Assembly (NCBI GenBank): GCA_019828565.1
Contig: JAHDYR010000005.1
Coordinates: 1,507,992 to 1,571,991, forward strand
Direction of reading: 5' to 3'
Length of the DNA: 64,000 nucleotides
Source: Carpediemonas membranifera BICM
Lineage: Eukaryota > Protista > Fornicata
Shown piece after piece: positions 42,336 through 53,775 of the stretch (its first letter is position 1; every line of letters starts with the position of its first letter). The translations under genes and the position numbers were made by a program. The notes beneath the pieces are model-generated. The model was not told the origin of the DNA, did not search any database, and saw only the letters and a list, made by a program, of their open reading frames with translations.

Positions 42336-45300
42336 TTATGACATCCTACCCCCCTTAAGCTTGAGCTTGTGGGACTTGAGGTAGTCACGTGCCGCAGTGA
42401 CGTGGCGGAGCCCGTCAGCGGGTTCCCATGTGGGATCGTAGTCGCCCTCCCAGCAGACGAGGAGCTGCAGTGTGCCGTTGCGGCGACGGTGCTTCTCGAT
42501 GCCTTGCACGACGTACGTCTGCTCGTCGGAGGCGGCGAGGTTCTTCAGGCGGCTGAGCCCCGACTTGGTGTTGAAAGGAAGGACCTGGTCTACGTGAGCC
42601 ATGAAGGGGGCGCTCTCGAAAAGGTCGACCAGCTGAAGGGTGTTGTTGTCCTTGATGGCGAGAATCTTGAACGGGCCGGCGAAGCCATGCAGCTTTGGGG
42701 TCTTCGTCCGGTTGAGCAGGACGAGGTCGCCTTCCTTGAAGCTAGTCGGCTGGCGGTCGGCGTTGGCCTTGGCGAGGCGCTTGTCTACAGTCTCGCGCTG
42801 CTTCTCGGCCGCCCTAGAGGTCAACTTGGAGAGGTGGGCTCGAAGTAAAGTGATGTAGGCTGAGGCTGAGGCAAGGGGCGAGTCATTGTCGCTCGGTCGG
42901 AGGATTCTAGCGACTGTGGAGCTGGGGTCGAGTTGGTCTCCATACAGCATGGCGTGGGGTGTGACCCCAGTGGCGCTGCAGGTGGTTGTGTTCAGCAGCA
43001 GCTGAACTACCGGAAGGAGGTCGCTCCAACGGGAGAACTTGTCGAATGGAGGATCAAACAGCGAAGATGCTTCATGACCTCCGCGTTACGACGCTCTACC
43101 AGCCCATTCGACTGAGGGTGGTAGGGGAGGGTGAATTGCTGGGTGATGTCCGCGCTTTCGAGCAGGGCCTTGACGACGTTGCCGGTGAACTCAGGCCCGT
43201 TGTCGGACTTGATGAACAGGGGAGTCCCATGACGGGTAATCACCTGGCGCCAGAGGGCCTCTGACGCTGCATCAGCTGTGTTCTCGTCCGTCGCGGCCAA
43301 CTCAGTGTAGCGAGTAAACATATCGACCATAACTGTGATGTATCTGGAGCCGACTGCGTCTGCCGGGATTGGACCAATAGTATCCACTGCGACAGTGTGG
43401 AACGGTTTGTACACTGCTGTTGTGCGGAGCTCTGCCTCGGCGAAGTTGCGTAGGCGAGCTTTCTGGCACTCGTCACATGAGGCGATGAACTCCTCGACAT
43501 CTGTTGTGCAGCCTGTCCAGGTATAGCCGTCTGCTCTCAGGCGTTCGATGGTAGCCTTGGCGCCGTGGTGTCCTCTGTGGGCGATCTGTATCAGCTCCTT
43601 TCGGAGGGGTCTGCACACGGTTGAAGTAGGGATGACGACGAGGCCGTCCTTGCGGCGAAGACCGTCGCTGTCTACAGTCAGCTTGGAGACGGTAGAGTCG
43701 TCTGTCTGGTGTTTGATGAGTGTGTCATGGTAGCGGGAGTCAGTCGTGATGGCTGCGACAGTGGGCGAGGTCGAGTGACCGCAGCGGCTCAGCGCGTCTG
43801 CGACTGCGTTCTGTAGGCCGGGAACGTGCTCGACATCGAACTTGTAGTCTGCTAATGTCAGTCTCCACCGGTTGATCTTGTCGTTCTCGGATGACTTGGC
43901 GATCATGTAAATAAGATTACGGTGGTCGGTCCGTAGGAGGAACCTCTTCAGGCGTAGGAGGGGTGACAGGGTCGGGTGTGTAAGGCAAAAGACAATGGCA
44001 AATAGCTCCTGCTCACACGTGGCCCAGCGCGACTGGGTTGACGTGAATGTGTGAGAGAAGTAGGCGAGGACCTGTGTCTTGTCGTCCTTTGTCTGCCATA
44101 GTACGCCGCCTGCTCCGATGTTGCTAGCGTCTGTCTCGAGCGTCCAGTCGGCGTCGGCGTCCGGATGTGCGATAAAGAGATCGTCAGTGAACAGGGTCTT
44201 CAGGCCGTCGAAAGCGGCGTCGTGCTCCGCTGTCCATTCCCACAGACGGTCCTTTTGCAGAAGATCGTTGAGAGGTCTCATGTACTCGTGTCGTGTATGG
44301 GGAACGAATGATGCGAGGTACTGGAACTGTCCGAGGACTACGCGAAGCTCGTGGACGTTGGTGGGTGCAGGTAGATCGCGTAGGGCTTGGGTCCTGGCTG
44401 GGTCGACGTGTACTCCGGCCTGGTCGACCGTAAAGCCGACAATCTTGGCGCTGGTGGTGCCGAAGACTCCCTTCTTGGCGCTGAACTGAACGCCTGCAGC
44501 GTCCGCGCGTGTGAGCAGGTCGCGGAGAATGCGTAGGAAGGAGTCATCGTCACGGGCGTAGATGAATATGTCGTCGATGTAGGGGTTGGCGCCCTTGTAC
44601 AACAGTGGGGCGAGCATGCCTTCGATCTCCCGCTGGAAGTGAGAAGGCGCGTTGCAAAGGCCGAACGGCATCCTGAGGAATTCCTCGTAGACGCCCGGGG
44701 CGGTGAAGGCCGTCTTAGGCACGTCGTCTGGGTGCATGGCCACCTGCCAGTAGCTCGACGTCAGGTCTAGCGTCGCAAAGCGTGTGCAGCCCGACGCGAG
44801 GTTGAGGAGTTCTCGCATGTTGGGGATCGGGTGCCGGTCGGGTACTGTCCAAGAGTTGAGGCGGCCGTAGTCGATACAGAGACGGTAGGCGTCGCCCTTT
44901 GCGACCAGGACGATGGGGCTTGCGTAAGGCCCCTCAGAGGGCTGTGTGATCTCGTCCTGGCGCAGGCGCTCGACGTATGGCAACAGCCACTCCAGCTTCT
45001 TCGGGTGTAGGTTGCGCGGGCGAAGACGGATCGGAGGGGCGTTGTCGTAAAGCGGGATGCGCATAGGGGCAAACGAGCACGGCTGTTTGCTTATGACGGG
45101 GTCGAATAGGTGATCGAACCGACGGAGGATCGAATGTAGCTCGTCGGTCTGGGCCTTGGTGGAGAGCTCGTGTATCTCACACGCGTCGGTGTGAAACTCG
45201 CTTGAGGAGACGGCCTCGACGGGGGCGTCGAGGTACTTGTGGAGTGGGAGGCCATCAGTGGCGTCCTCCGGGCGTGAATCCGGAAGAAGTGGGATGTGGA

Positions 45301-45976
45301 GGCCACTCTCGGAGAGATAACCGAGCGCGCGAAGCACGTCGCATCCAATGAGCACACGTTCAGTGGCGCGCGTCATGATGTAGAGGATGAGATCGACGAT
45401 GACGTTTCCAGATGTGCTGGGCAACGTGATCCGCGCTTGGACGTAGTGAGTGATGAGGATGGGCTCATTGGTAACGGACTGAACAGTAAATGGCTTTTCA
45501 AGCTCATGTGTGACGAGTTGGAGCGTCTTAACGGAGGTTGTGGAGATGATCGTGATTGCGGAGCCGCTATCGATCAATATCACCTGTTCTTGGTCATTCA
45601 CAGCTCCCTTAACTGAGAATGCAGTTGAAGCGGCAACTTCTTCGATAAAGGCATCATCACAAGCATTGTGTGCGACTTCGACTTCGTGGACTCCTGGACG
45701 AGAGTTGATCAGCTTGGATCTGTCCCGGAGCACCATGTTCCCAGCGCGTCTCTCGTCGGGGGCGAGGCTGTGGCTGCTGGGATGACTGTTGCTGCTGCTT
45801 CTGAGCAGCTGGTGCCGGCTGTGGCTGAGCCGGTTTGTTGGCCGCTTGGGGCTGGCGTTGCGGCTGAGGTGCCGGTCTGGCGTCGCGGGCCGCGGCGGGG
45901 TGGCCTTTGGTAGCCTGGGGCTGTCCGGGCGTGCTGCCGCGGTGCGGGCAATCAGCCTTCCAGTGCATGCCTCCAC
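42336..45976 (-). CDS. pol (PR, RT, RNase H, integrase, chromodomain); frameshift near 43020
   Basis: LIDSGS, MPFGL, YIDD, TDAS, TDHRNL, H..H..CDEC, VDTIG..SDNG..ERRN, and YVVQGIEKH..WEG..TWEP. Confidence 0.92.
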
Positions 45977-46788
45977 AGGAGCACGCGTATGGAGGAGGGC
46001 GCCGGCGCTCGCGGCGGGATCTGGTGTTGGCGTTCTGGCTATGTTTCGGGCCAGTGCTGGAGCTCGTGATGGAGCTCGTGCTGGAGGATGTGATGGATAT
46101 GTCTTGAATCACGCTTCCGAGGACTTCACGGGCGTCAATGGCGTGCAGTATGAGCTCGCGCGTGTGCACAAATAAGCTATCGATGTCCCGGGCGCCAGAG
46201 AGGTCCCACTTTTGCTGAATACGGTTGGCAAGTGAGACCGGGCGAAGGGCGGCGATAAAAAGCTTTGGCGATGATCTTATCGAGTCCGCGGGTGGGGCTG
46301 GCTTTTCTCGGGGTGTCCTGCTCACTCGGCGTGCTGTCTGGCTTCTGGGTGATGACCTTGCTGAGGGCGGCCTCGTCTTCATCCACCTCGGCGGGCTCGG
46401 GCTCTGGCTTGGCGCCGAGCTCGGCGTTGAGAAGGGCATGGGCGTGGGAGCGCAGCTCCTCGGTCTCAGCCATGAGACGAGATACGGCCTCGATCGTGGA
46501 CTTGGTTCGGTCCTGCGTGAGGGCCCGGATTTCTTGGATGGTTTTCTCAAGGGTTCTCGGGAAAGAAAGAGCGGTGATTTCGGCGAGAAGTTCTGCGTCG
46601 TTGAGTGCTTCGACGTCGACGTTGCGGACAAATCGGACATGACTGACTTGATCCTCGGTGAGGCACTCGTAAGCCGTTATGACGGTTGTGGTAGGAGCAT
46701 GCTTCTGCGCGAACGTGAGGGCGCGTTTGAACGCGCGAACGGACTCTCTAGAGAAGTCCGATAGTGATGGCGGAATCCAATTATTCAT
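45657..46788 (-). CDS. gag of the nested gypsy (frameshift at the T-run ~46260)
   Basis: ORFs 46177-46788 and 45657-46640 join; atypical knuckle CSCGGMHWKADC. Confidence 0.75.
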
Positions 46789-48022
46789 TTCGGAAAGTGA
46801 TCACTGTGCCGGGGCGAAGAGATTGGAACATTTACATAAACTGCGGACGTGGATGCCTTATGACAACTCCTCATGTCGACCAAATCTTCTTCGTCGACCT
46901 CTGTAAGGCTGAGCCCAGCCTTCAGTTCCGCTACGTTTCGCATCTACTGCAGTCTGTATGCTTCATGCATGACCACGGAGTTGCTCATTGCGATATTAAG
47001 CCCGACAACTTTCTTTTTAGCACAGACCAGAAGGGATACCTCATTGACTTTGGTTCTGCTATGACGAAGCCGGCTTGTAGCGACGAGAACTGGGTCATAC
47101 AACTGAAATCAGCATCCGAATATCGCGGCACGCATGGGTATTTACCCACAGAGATGTTCAAAGAGTGTCTCGCTGCGCGTTCGGTCATTCCGGAAGTTCA
47201 AAGAGCGCCATACGAGGCCTCCAAGCTCACGCGAATGACTGCATCGGCTCTTCCCGCCTGTTCTTATGTCGTCACACCTGCCTCCGACATTTACTCGTGC
47301 GGTGTAGTCATTTTGATGCTCTTTTACGGTCTCCCCAAGTCCCCCTTTGCCGCGAAGGTGACTGACATGGGTGCAAACATGGCGCAGATCGACAACAGGA
47401 AGAAGAAGAAGATGCTGAAGCTTGGTAGCTTGCTGAACTGGTGCCACTTCTATGGTGGGCAGTTGCAGTTGTCACGTAAGACACTCGAACCGCTCAGAGA
47501 TTGTCTCAACTTCGTGAACGTGAACTCTGCACTACCGATTCGCGGCACAACGCCACCCACTTGCCTCGGAATGTACGACCTGGCAATGCAGATGCTCCAC
47601 TTCGACCCAACGAAGCGTCCCACTGCTGCCGAATGTCTTGAAAAGCTCAAGGTCATCATGCGCGTGCATGAATGCGTCGCCAAGACCAGTCCGCTCCTCT
47701 TGGATGATACTGAACAGGTCTTACTCTCTGTAGATCAGCGAAAGAGAATGGTCGACTGCTGCCAACGGGGGTTTGAGGGTCAAGTCTTCCATCGGCGCTG
47801 TATAGTGTGTGGCAGAGACCTTTATGGACGCGAGAACGTGACTTGTGAGAAATGTCACAAGGGATACAGGCAGGTGAGAACCAGTAAGCGCACGAAAGGT
47901 GTAAGCGGAAGACTCCACAGGCAGTTTATTGCGATGATTGATCGGAAGTAAAGATTATTTGAAAACGTGTAAATTTTGTGTGAAAATTGTGTGAAAAACT
48001 GTGGCTAATTCTGCACAGAGCG

Positions 48023-48352
48023 ATGCCAAGGACGAAACCAAGGCAGATCAAGAAGAGGCCTCAAGATTTAACTGCCCGGCGGTGCAGGTTCGTCAAGTGG
48101 CCGGAGATGCCGCTTCCAGTAAGGCGTATGCCGTACAGCTCGCCGTATCCATCTTCGTGCCCGTCTCCATCCACCTCTTCGTCGTCAACGCCACCCCCCA
48201 CCCAACCTGCTCCCACTCAGCCGTCGTCTTCAGCCTCTGCCACGCCCGTTGGCAGTCCGCCTTCTTCTCCTGGCCACCATTCTCCACTGAGTCAAGAGTC
48301 TCCGCACTACCATGGATCAGATGATGATGTAACACCTGTGGCACAGCATTAA
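48023..48352 (+). CDS. Small basic, Pro/Ser-rich cargo protein (MPRTKPRQ...)
   Basis: ATG ORF of 109 aa preceded by GTGAAA motifs like other cargo genes. Confidence 0.4.
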   Translation: MPRTKPRQIKKRPQDLTARRCRFVKWPEMPLPVRRMPYSSPYPSSCPSPSTSSSSTPPPTQPAPTQPSSSASATPVGSPPSSPGHHSPLSQESPHYHGSDDDVTPVAQH

Positions 48353-48441
48353 ACGATCATCTGATGTGTTTTTGTTACATAATTTTGCGTTGATTGCTTC
48401 AAATTGTCATGAATTGTCACAAAACAACGGTTCAACACAGA

Positions 48442-48497
48442 TTCAGCACAATCTCTTTCTCATTTTCATGCGAGAACGTGAAAGAGATTGTGCTGAA
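48442..48497. repeat. Perfect 18-bp inverted repeat with 20-nt loop
   Basis: TTCAGCACAATCTCTTTC ... GAAAGAGATTGTGCTGAA. Confidence 0.85.
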
Positions 48498-48857
48498 GCA
48501 GCTTGAGGCGCTTAATGTGACCAATCAGGCTCATACAACCATGTTTCAAGCGTTAAGAGTTTCAACAATCTAAACGCAACTTTTTTCAATTGAATTGTCC
48601 ATTTATCAAACATCAGAGTTATGTAGCACAAGCACAAGCTTCTTTCGGAGATTTTCGATGGCCAAAAACATGTCAGAGACTGTGTCGTCTATAGAAATGT
48701 CCAATTTGGCTTGAAAATTGTTTTCGCGGATCTTTTTGAGACTTTCTTCTATCTTGCACACTTCATACATGTTCTTTACTGTTAATTCAGTAACATTGAT
48801 GCCTCCGCGCCGCAGTTCCATTTGGTGAAATTCGCAGTTTATGTCAGAATTTCGCGG

Positions 48858-50066
48858 ATGGACATTCCTGTAATACAAGAACCTGCGGCAGCTAAACGCG
48901 TAACAGGAGATAAGCCAAGGTATTTCCGGGCCAATCTTTATTCGGCATACCTCAATGCATTTTTTGACACGACCACGGTCACCAGCGGCATGGGTCTTTC
49001 CACGGCCGACATGCACCAATGCCTGCGCATTATTCAGGAACGCCTTCTGAAACTGGTCCCAGACATCAAGGGCTATCTGTTCGCCGATAGGACCTCGCAC
49101 GCAGCGATTGCCGCAATCAAGACCTTCCAAAACGACCATTTTGGAACAGAGGAGGTCAATAACGGCGTAGCGCACAGGCTTTGTCTTGCCAGTCAACCTC
49201 AGCTCAGTAGCTTCCGCGCTCAGCTCGCTAGCATACTGAAGGCGATCGACAAGCCTGACGTATCAAATCAAGTTCAGCTTGAGGGCATCACCTGGCCCAC
49301 GCTTGTCACTTATCGTCCGCCCAGAGCCAAGAATGATCCTGATCCGTCCGCCGTTCCTCCCATTTCTTCTGGTTCCACCCCCTCCTCTCGATCAAGGCCG
49401 AGCTACCATCTGCTCGCCAGGAAACGAAGCTATCTCAGATCATGGAGTACGAGATCTCAGACGAGGATGAAGCTCTGGTCACGACTGCTCGCCGAAGGCT
49501 TGAACTTCGTCTGGATGAGGTGGAGACCGCGGCCAAACGAGCCCGACTTGATCCAGAAATGCTTGCTGAGATAGTTTCGGCCGCTGTCATCAAGCGTATC
49601 AGTAATAAGTTCGGCCAGAGTCACACGGAACCCATCTCCGAGTCCGATCAGCCCCCCTCCGACGTACACTCTCTGGCTACTCTCTACCAGAGATCGCTGG
49701 TATATGCCTGCGTCGTGTGCCGTGCTCCCGACTGGTGGTGGAATCCAAATGTCCGCGACTTTGTAACTTGCAGCTCTTGCAAGCGTTTTCATGCACAAGC
49801 ATTGCCACAGACCTGGCAAAGCTGGGTCTAAGGTCCAGTGCCCATGCTGCAAGCAGTCGAAGAACCGGTGCGAAGCGTGCACAAGTGATCACAAGACTCA
49901 GAAGAAGACCAGCGAACTGATGTCATGCTATGCCTGCCTCAAGTGGATGTGCCCGACCCACATAACTGAACTAGAGGCAAGGCTTGATCAAAGAGTGTTC
50001 ACGATTCGCCTGTGTAAGATGTGCAGAAGCGTCTATGACGATCATGTGGTCAAAATGAAGTGGTAA
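48858..50066 (+). CDS. PHD-finger (C4HC3) plus second Zn-finger cargo protein; two 1-nt frameshifts
   Basis: Joining frames at T-runs (~49363, ~49787) gives CVVC..CSSCKRFMHKHC..CPCC, then CEAC..CYACLKWMCPTH..CKMC. Confidence 0.7.
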
Positions 50067-50080
50067 ACAAGTGTAGAACT

Positions 50081-51058
50081 TTAATGGATCGTGCGAGTGG
50101 CATGTGCGTGTCTCTGCGTCATTTGAGTGATGAACCGCTCATCTAGAACAGTGGAAGGGTTTGTTTCCAGTGGTTTGTAGTCGGTAATGCCGGTACAGTG
50201 GTCACGAATAGACGGTAGAGGCAGAGAAGATACATACTTGGTCGGACCCAGGATCTGCATTGGCGCATTGCAGCTACTTAATGAGCCATTTGCAATCAGC
50301 CGTCTCCCAGCAGCCCCCGGCGCGTTGCGGTAGCCTGAGAAGTACCTCGACAGAAACAGCAGGGGGTTGTCCATGCACAGCGTACGATAAATCCAGAAGC
50401 AGTCTTGCAGGTGGAGCTCATTGGCCAGTACCTGCTCTGGAGTGAGGATGATGCAGGTGTGCCTGTACGGTTTCGTCGAAATCGTCTTCATCAGCTCGGT
50501 TGTCTCGGCCGTGTCGTTATCTCTAGTACACGTGGCGAAGTAAATCATACGCACACGTGTTTGATCGACGACTGTAGGCTCCTTGAATGCGGCCGTGATC
50601 AACTCCACAAAGTTGTGGAGGAACAGGGCATCGTTTGTGGCCGCATCAATGACCAAGCGAGAAGTACTAGTCTCCGTATGGCCAGAAATGACCCAATACG
50701 TGTCGAAGTTGGCGTAAAGATCGGCCAGGGTCCTCAATTTGGAAACCAAATCTGCTGTCGAGGAGAACGACACGGCCTCGATTGTGAGGTACTGGTCACC
50801 CATGGTCTCAAGGATCGTCTTGAGCTTGACATGGTACCCTGCCGCGTCTGGCATGTGCTCAAGGTGGAACACGGCGAATGAGTCGCGAGAGGAGGCGAAC
50901 CCGTTCTCTGGCTCAAGAACAACGAGCACGCGACGGTTGACAAGGTTGTCCAGAGTGAGCGGGCAGGAGTGGAACCTTGTCAAGCTGTCCGGAGGGTGAT
51001 GAGGGAGGATACCAATTCCTCGATAGCCGCGACGCTTGTCTCTTTGCCGCAAACACAC
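50081..51058 (-). CDS. Cargo protein, possibly a clan CD (caspase/CHAT-like) cysteine peptidase; true start may be ATG 51132
   Basis: Strand-His (YWVISGH) and strand-Cys (MIYFATC) with spacing like the CHAT/caspase dyad. Confidence 0.45.
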   Translation of the reverse strand: MCLRQRDKRRGYRGIGILPHHPPDSLTRFHSCPLTLDNLVNRRVLVVLEPENGFASSRDSFAVFHLEHMPDAAGYHVKLKTILETMGDQYLTIEAVSFSSTADLVSKLRTLADLYANFDTYWVISGHTETSTSRLVIDAATNDALFLHNFVELITAAFKEPTVVDQTRVRMIYFATCTRDNDTAETTELMKTISTKPYRHTCIILTPEQVLANELHLQDCFWIYRTLCMDNPLLFLSRYFSGYRNAPGAAGRRLIANGSLSSCNAPMQILGPTKYVSSLPLPSIRDHCTGITDYKPLETNPSTVLDERFITQMTQRHAHATRTIH

Positions 51059-51369
51059 TCAAGCACCTTATCAGAGCCTTCTACGGCTCTTACAGCGTTC
51101 TCATTGAACACAAGCGGCAGTTCTTCGCTCATTTCACAAATTTCAGAATGTGCCACCATGAAAAAAAATTGGCACAAGCACAGTACGGCCTGATAGCTGA
51201 AGTTTTGGCCTATAACAACCTGGAATATGTTGTTTCATCTTTGCATAAATCCATTCCCATTCATGTGTACGTCAGCAATAGGCGTTTAGCAGTGTTTCAG
51301 AAACTTTCGCGATATTTTCACAAGATGTTTTTGCGAAAATTGGCTTTTTCGCATAACGAGAGGACTTCA

Positions 51370-52142
51370 ATGGCACGTAGTAAGGCACCAGCTCATCCCC
51401 CGATCGACAGCGACAATTCAAGCGCATCTGCTGATGCTAGCGAGCAGCTTGATGATCCGATGACGCTCCCGCAGGACGTTGTCCATCGAATTTACCCAGG
51501 TGCCACTGATGAGGAGATATCCGATCTCCGGAAGAAGTGTCACGGCATCACCCGCGTCTATGTGATGCCTGACTGGCTGCCGGCGGCCGAGTCTTGCTGC
51601 GCTCCCTTCCTCGAGGTCGTTAAGGAGCAAACAGCCCGTGACGCCGAGACTGGGCATGTTGGCAGAGGGATGATGGCTGTCCAGGAGGTCAAAGAGGGGA
51701 CCTTCCTCGGCGTCTACTGTGGCCAGCTCCTCTCAGAGGAAGAATACCTCGCCAGCAACACGTCGATGGTGTTTGTTACCCTTTATTTCATTTACATAGA
51801 ATCTCCTTTTGGAACAAGGTGCGTGTGGACTCCACTGAGCTATCCTACGCCAGTGGAGTCCACCTGATCAATCACAGCGATGACTATAACTGTGTATGCA
51901 GCGAGGGCGTGCTCTGCGGCCTCCCTGTTCTTGGTGTGTATGCCAATAAGCGCATCGAGAAGGATGAGTTCCTTCGCATTGACTATCAGGAGGACTACTG
52001 GAAGGATTCGGAGGTCAAGAAAGTCGAAGTGGCTCACTTTCGGGCCCTCGAAATGACTGACAAGCGGTACATCTCCAACTTGAAGAGGATGTATCCCAGT
52101 TTACGTCAACCTCAGCGCGCGGGAATTAAGAAGAAGAAGTAA
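51370..52142 (+). CDS. SET-domain lysine methyltransferase; intron 51771-51799
   Basis: GRGMMA..GTFLGVYCG, LINHS..NC, EFLRIDY..DYW. A 29-nt GTTTGT..TAG intron restores the frame. Confidence 0.88.
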
Positions 52143-52170
52143 ATCATGTCTGATCAATCACTTTACTCTC

Positions 52171-53131
52171 TTAGAGTTTCTCCGAAGTCGTCGCACGGGC
52201 CTTGCTCTTACCATCGCGACGTAGGAATATATGCATAGGAGTAACATCGGCAGGAGATGAGTGCTCCTTGCTGCTCATATCTGGCGGCAGGTCGACCGCC
52301 GGAGAGTGCTGGTTGATGATAGCCTTCATCTCTGGCGACAGACCGAGGTCGAGGGGTGGGACCGTTATGAACTTCTGGCCCCCGTACCTCATCATGGTGC
52401 TATTGATCCGAGTCCATAAGGCTCCAGTCACATTGTTCCTCTGGAACAGTACCATCAAGGCAGCGAGAGGAACGTAGCGGTCAAGCTCCACTGTTGCCTC
52501 CTCGGCGCGCCTGACAAGCTCAGCCCAGTTGTCCTCGAGTTCATCGGCGAGCGCTTCAAGCCCAGCCTCACTCGCCCGTGCCAACTCTGCTTGAGTAAAC
52601 TGATGGATCGCCTGATCCTCGGCCTTCTGCTGACCTAACTCAGCTTCAAGTCTCTTCTGGGACTCCTCAGAATCTCTGTTAGCCTGTTCAAGCGCCTCCC
52701 TCGCCTCCCGCTCCTCAGCAAGCCGTTTCATCAAGGGCTCGTACTGCTCCAACAAGCGCACAGACTCGGGTACATCATCAAGGCCTGCACTGGTGTCGTC
52801 TAGCTGCTGAAGGAGAGAACCAACGGTGTCTGTGTCGTCCACATCGGACTCTACGTCGACGTCTTGATCAGTCTGGGGCAAAGGAACGCCGTCACCCTGC
52901 ATGGCGGCCGGTTCAGAGTGGCCATCGGACTCGGACTCGTCAGTGTCGGAAAAATTCCACGGCGTCGCTGGCGGGTGGTGTCACATAGGCATGCCCTGTA
53001 TCTTGCGCATAGGATGCAGTAACGAGTTCAAGCGAGTGTATGGCTTCCTCGCGGTCATTCCTTGCCTGAATAGCTTCGGCGGCTGCCTTGGCAACATCTC
53101 GACGCAACCGCTCAAGCTGGGCTGATGTCAC
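52171..53131 (-). CDS. Coiled-coil cargo protein (ORFs 52940-53131 and 52171-52902; may be fused with 53128-53775)
   Basis: Acidic, heptad-rich sequence. Adjacent ORFs abut in shifted frames. Confidence 0.5.
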
Positions 53132-53775
53132 ATCGCTTCCCGGATCATTCTTGCAACCAGAAAGAATGTCCTCGTAGGGGCATGCACGCGGCGGGCCTCG
53201 ACAGTGCCCTCAGGGGCGACGAAGAGAGCGCGAAGGATCAGGTTGACTTGATCTGGAAGAAAGAGACGGCCTGTTCCTTCTAGATGAATAGAGCCACGAT
53301 GTGACGGCATGACAGCCTCGCGGTTATCCTCAAAGGTGATCGCTGATCCGGTGTAGTGGTCAACAAACTGCTTCCGCACGATTTCAACCTGATCATCCTC
53401 CATAAACAAGCCTGCAGGAACCTTAGACAGCTCGGGCCGGGCAAGGTCGTCACTAATGGCCATGAGCTCGGGAAGGGAAGCCTTGTTGATGAGATCCATT
53501 AGTGAAACTCGGCCAGCGAGACCAAACACATCACGAATCTCGTCAATGACGATGTGGTCGACCAGCGCGCATCTCAGGGCTGTCTTCGTTATCACGTTGT
53601 GCTCCTTGAGGTACTCCAATCGGCTCTTATTCGTCCGGAGTGCGAACCATCTCTCGAACATACTCTTATCTGCTCGAATAGCCTTACGCTCTTGACCAGG
53701 TGCAGCAAAAGCAATCCTAACGGTCTTCTCATGATGCTCACGAATCCAGCTGCGTAGAATAGTGATATCTAGCAT
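53128..53775 (-). CDS. Unknown cargo protein
   Basis: ATG ORF MLDITILRSW preceded by a TTTCAC/GTGAAA-rich leader. Confidence 0.55.
   Translation of the reverse strand: MLDITILRSWIREHHEKTVRIAFAAPGQERKAIRADKSMFERWFALRTNKSRLEYLKEHNVITKTALRCALVDHIVIDEIRDVFGLAGRVSLMDLINKASLPELMAISDDLARPELSKVPAGLFMEDDQVEIVRKQFVDHYTGSAITFEDNREAVMPSHRGSIHLEGTGRLFLPDQVNLILRALFVAPEGTVEARRVHAPTRTFFLVARMIREAM

Larger units (their letters stand above)
42283..46865 (-). mobile_element. Full-length Ty3/gypsy chromovirus-type LTR retrotransposon with 61-bp LTRs
   Basis: Identical LTRs 42283-42343 and 46805-46865 (TG..CA), TSD ACTC, PPT 42344-42356, and gag-PR-RT-RH-IN-chromodomain. Confidence 0.96.
42057..47951 (+). pseudogene. 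Ser/Thr protein kinase with C-terminal Zn finger (435 aa when rebuilt from 42057-42282 + 46870-47951), disrupted by a gypsy insertion
   Basis: VVIK, HCDIKPDN, DFG, GTHGYLPTE, SDIYSCG, RPTA, then CxxC..CxxC. Removing the element and one ACTC gives ..PAFMTPHVDQ.. in frame. Confidence 0.9.
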
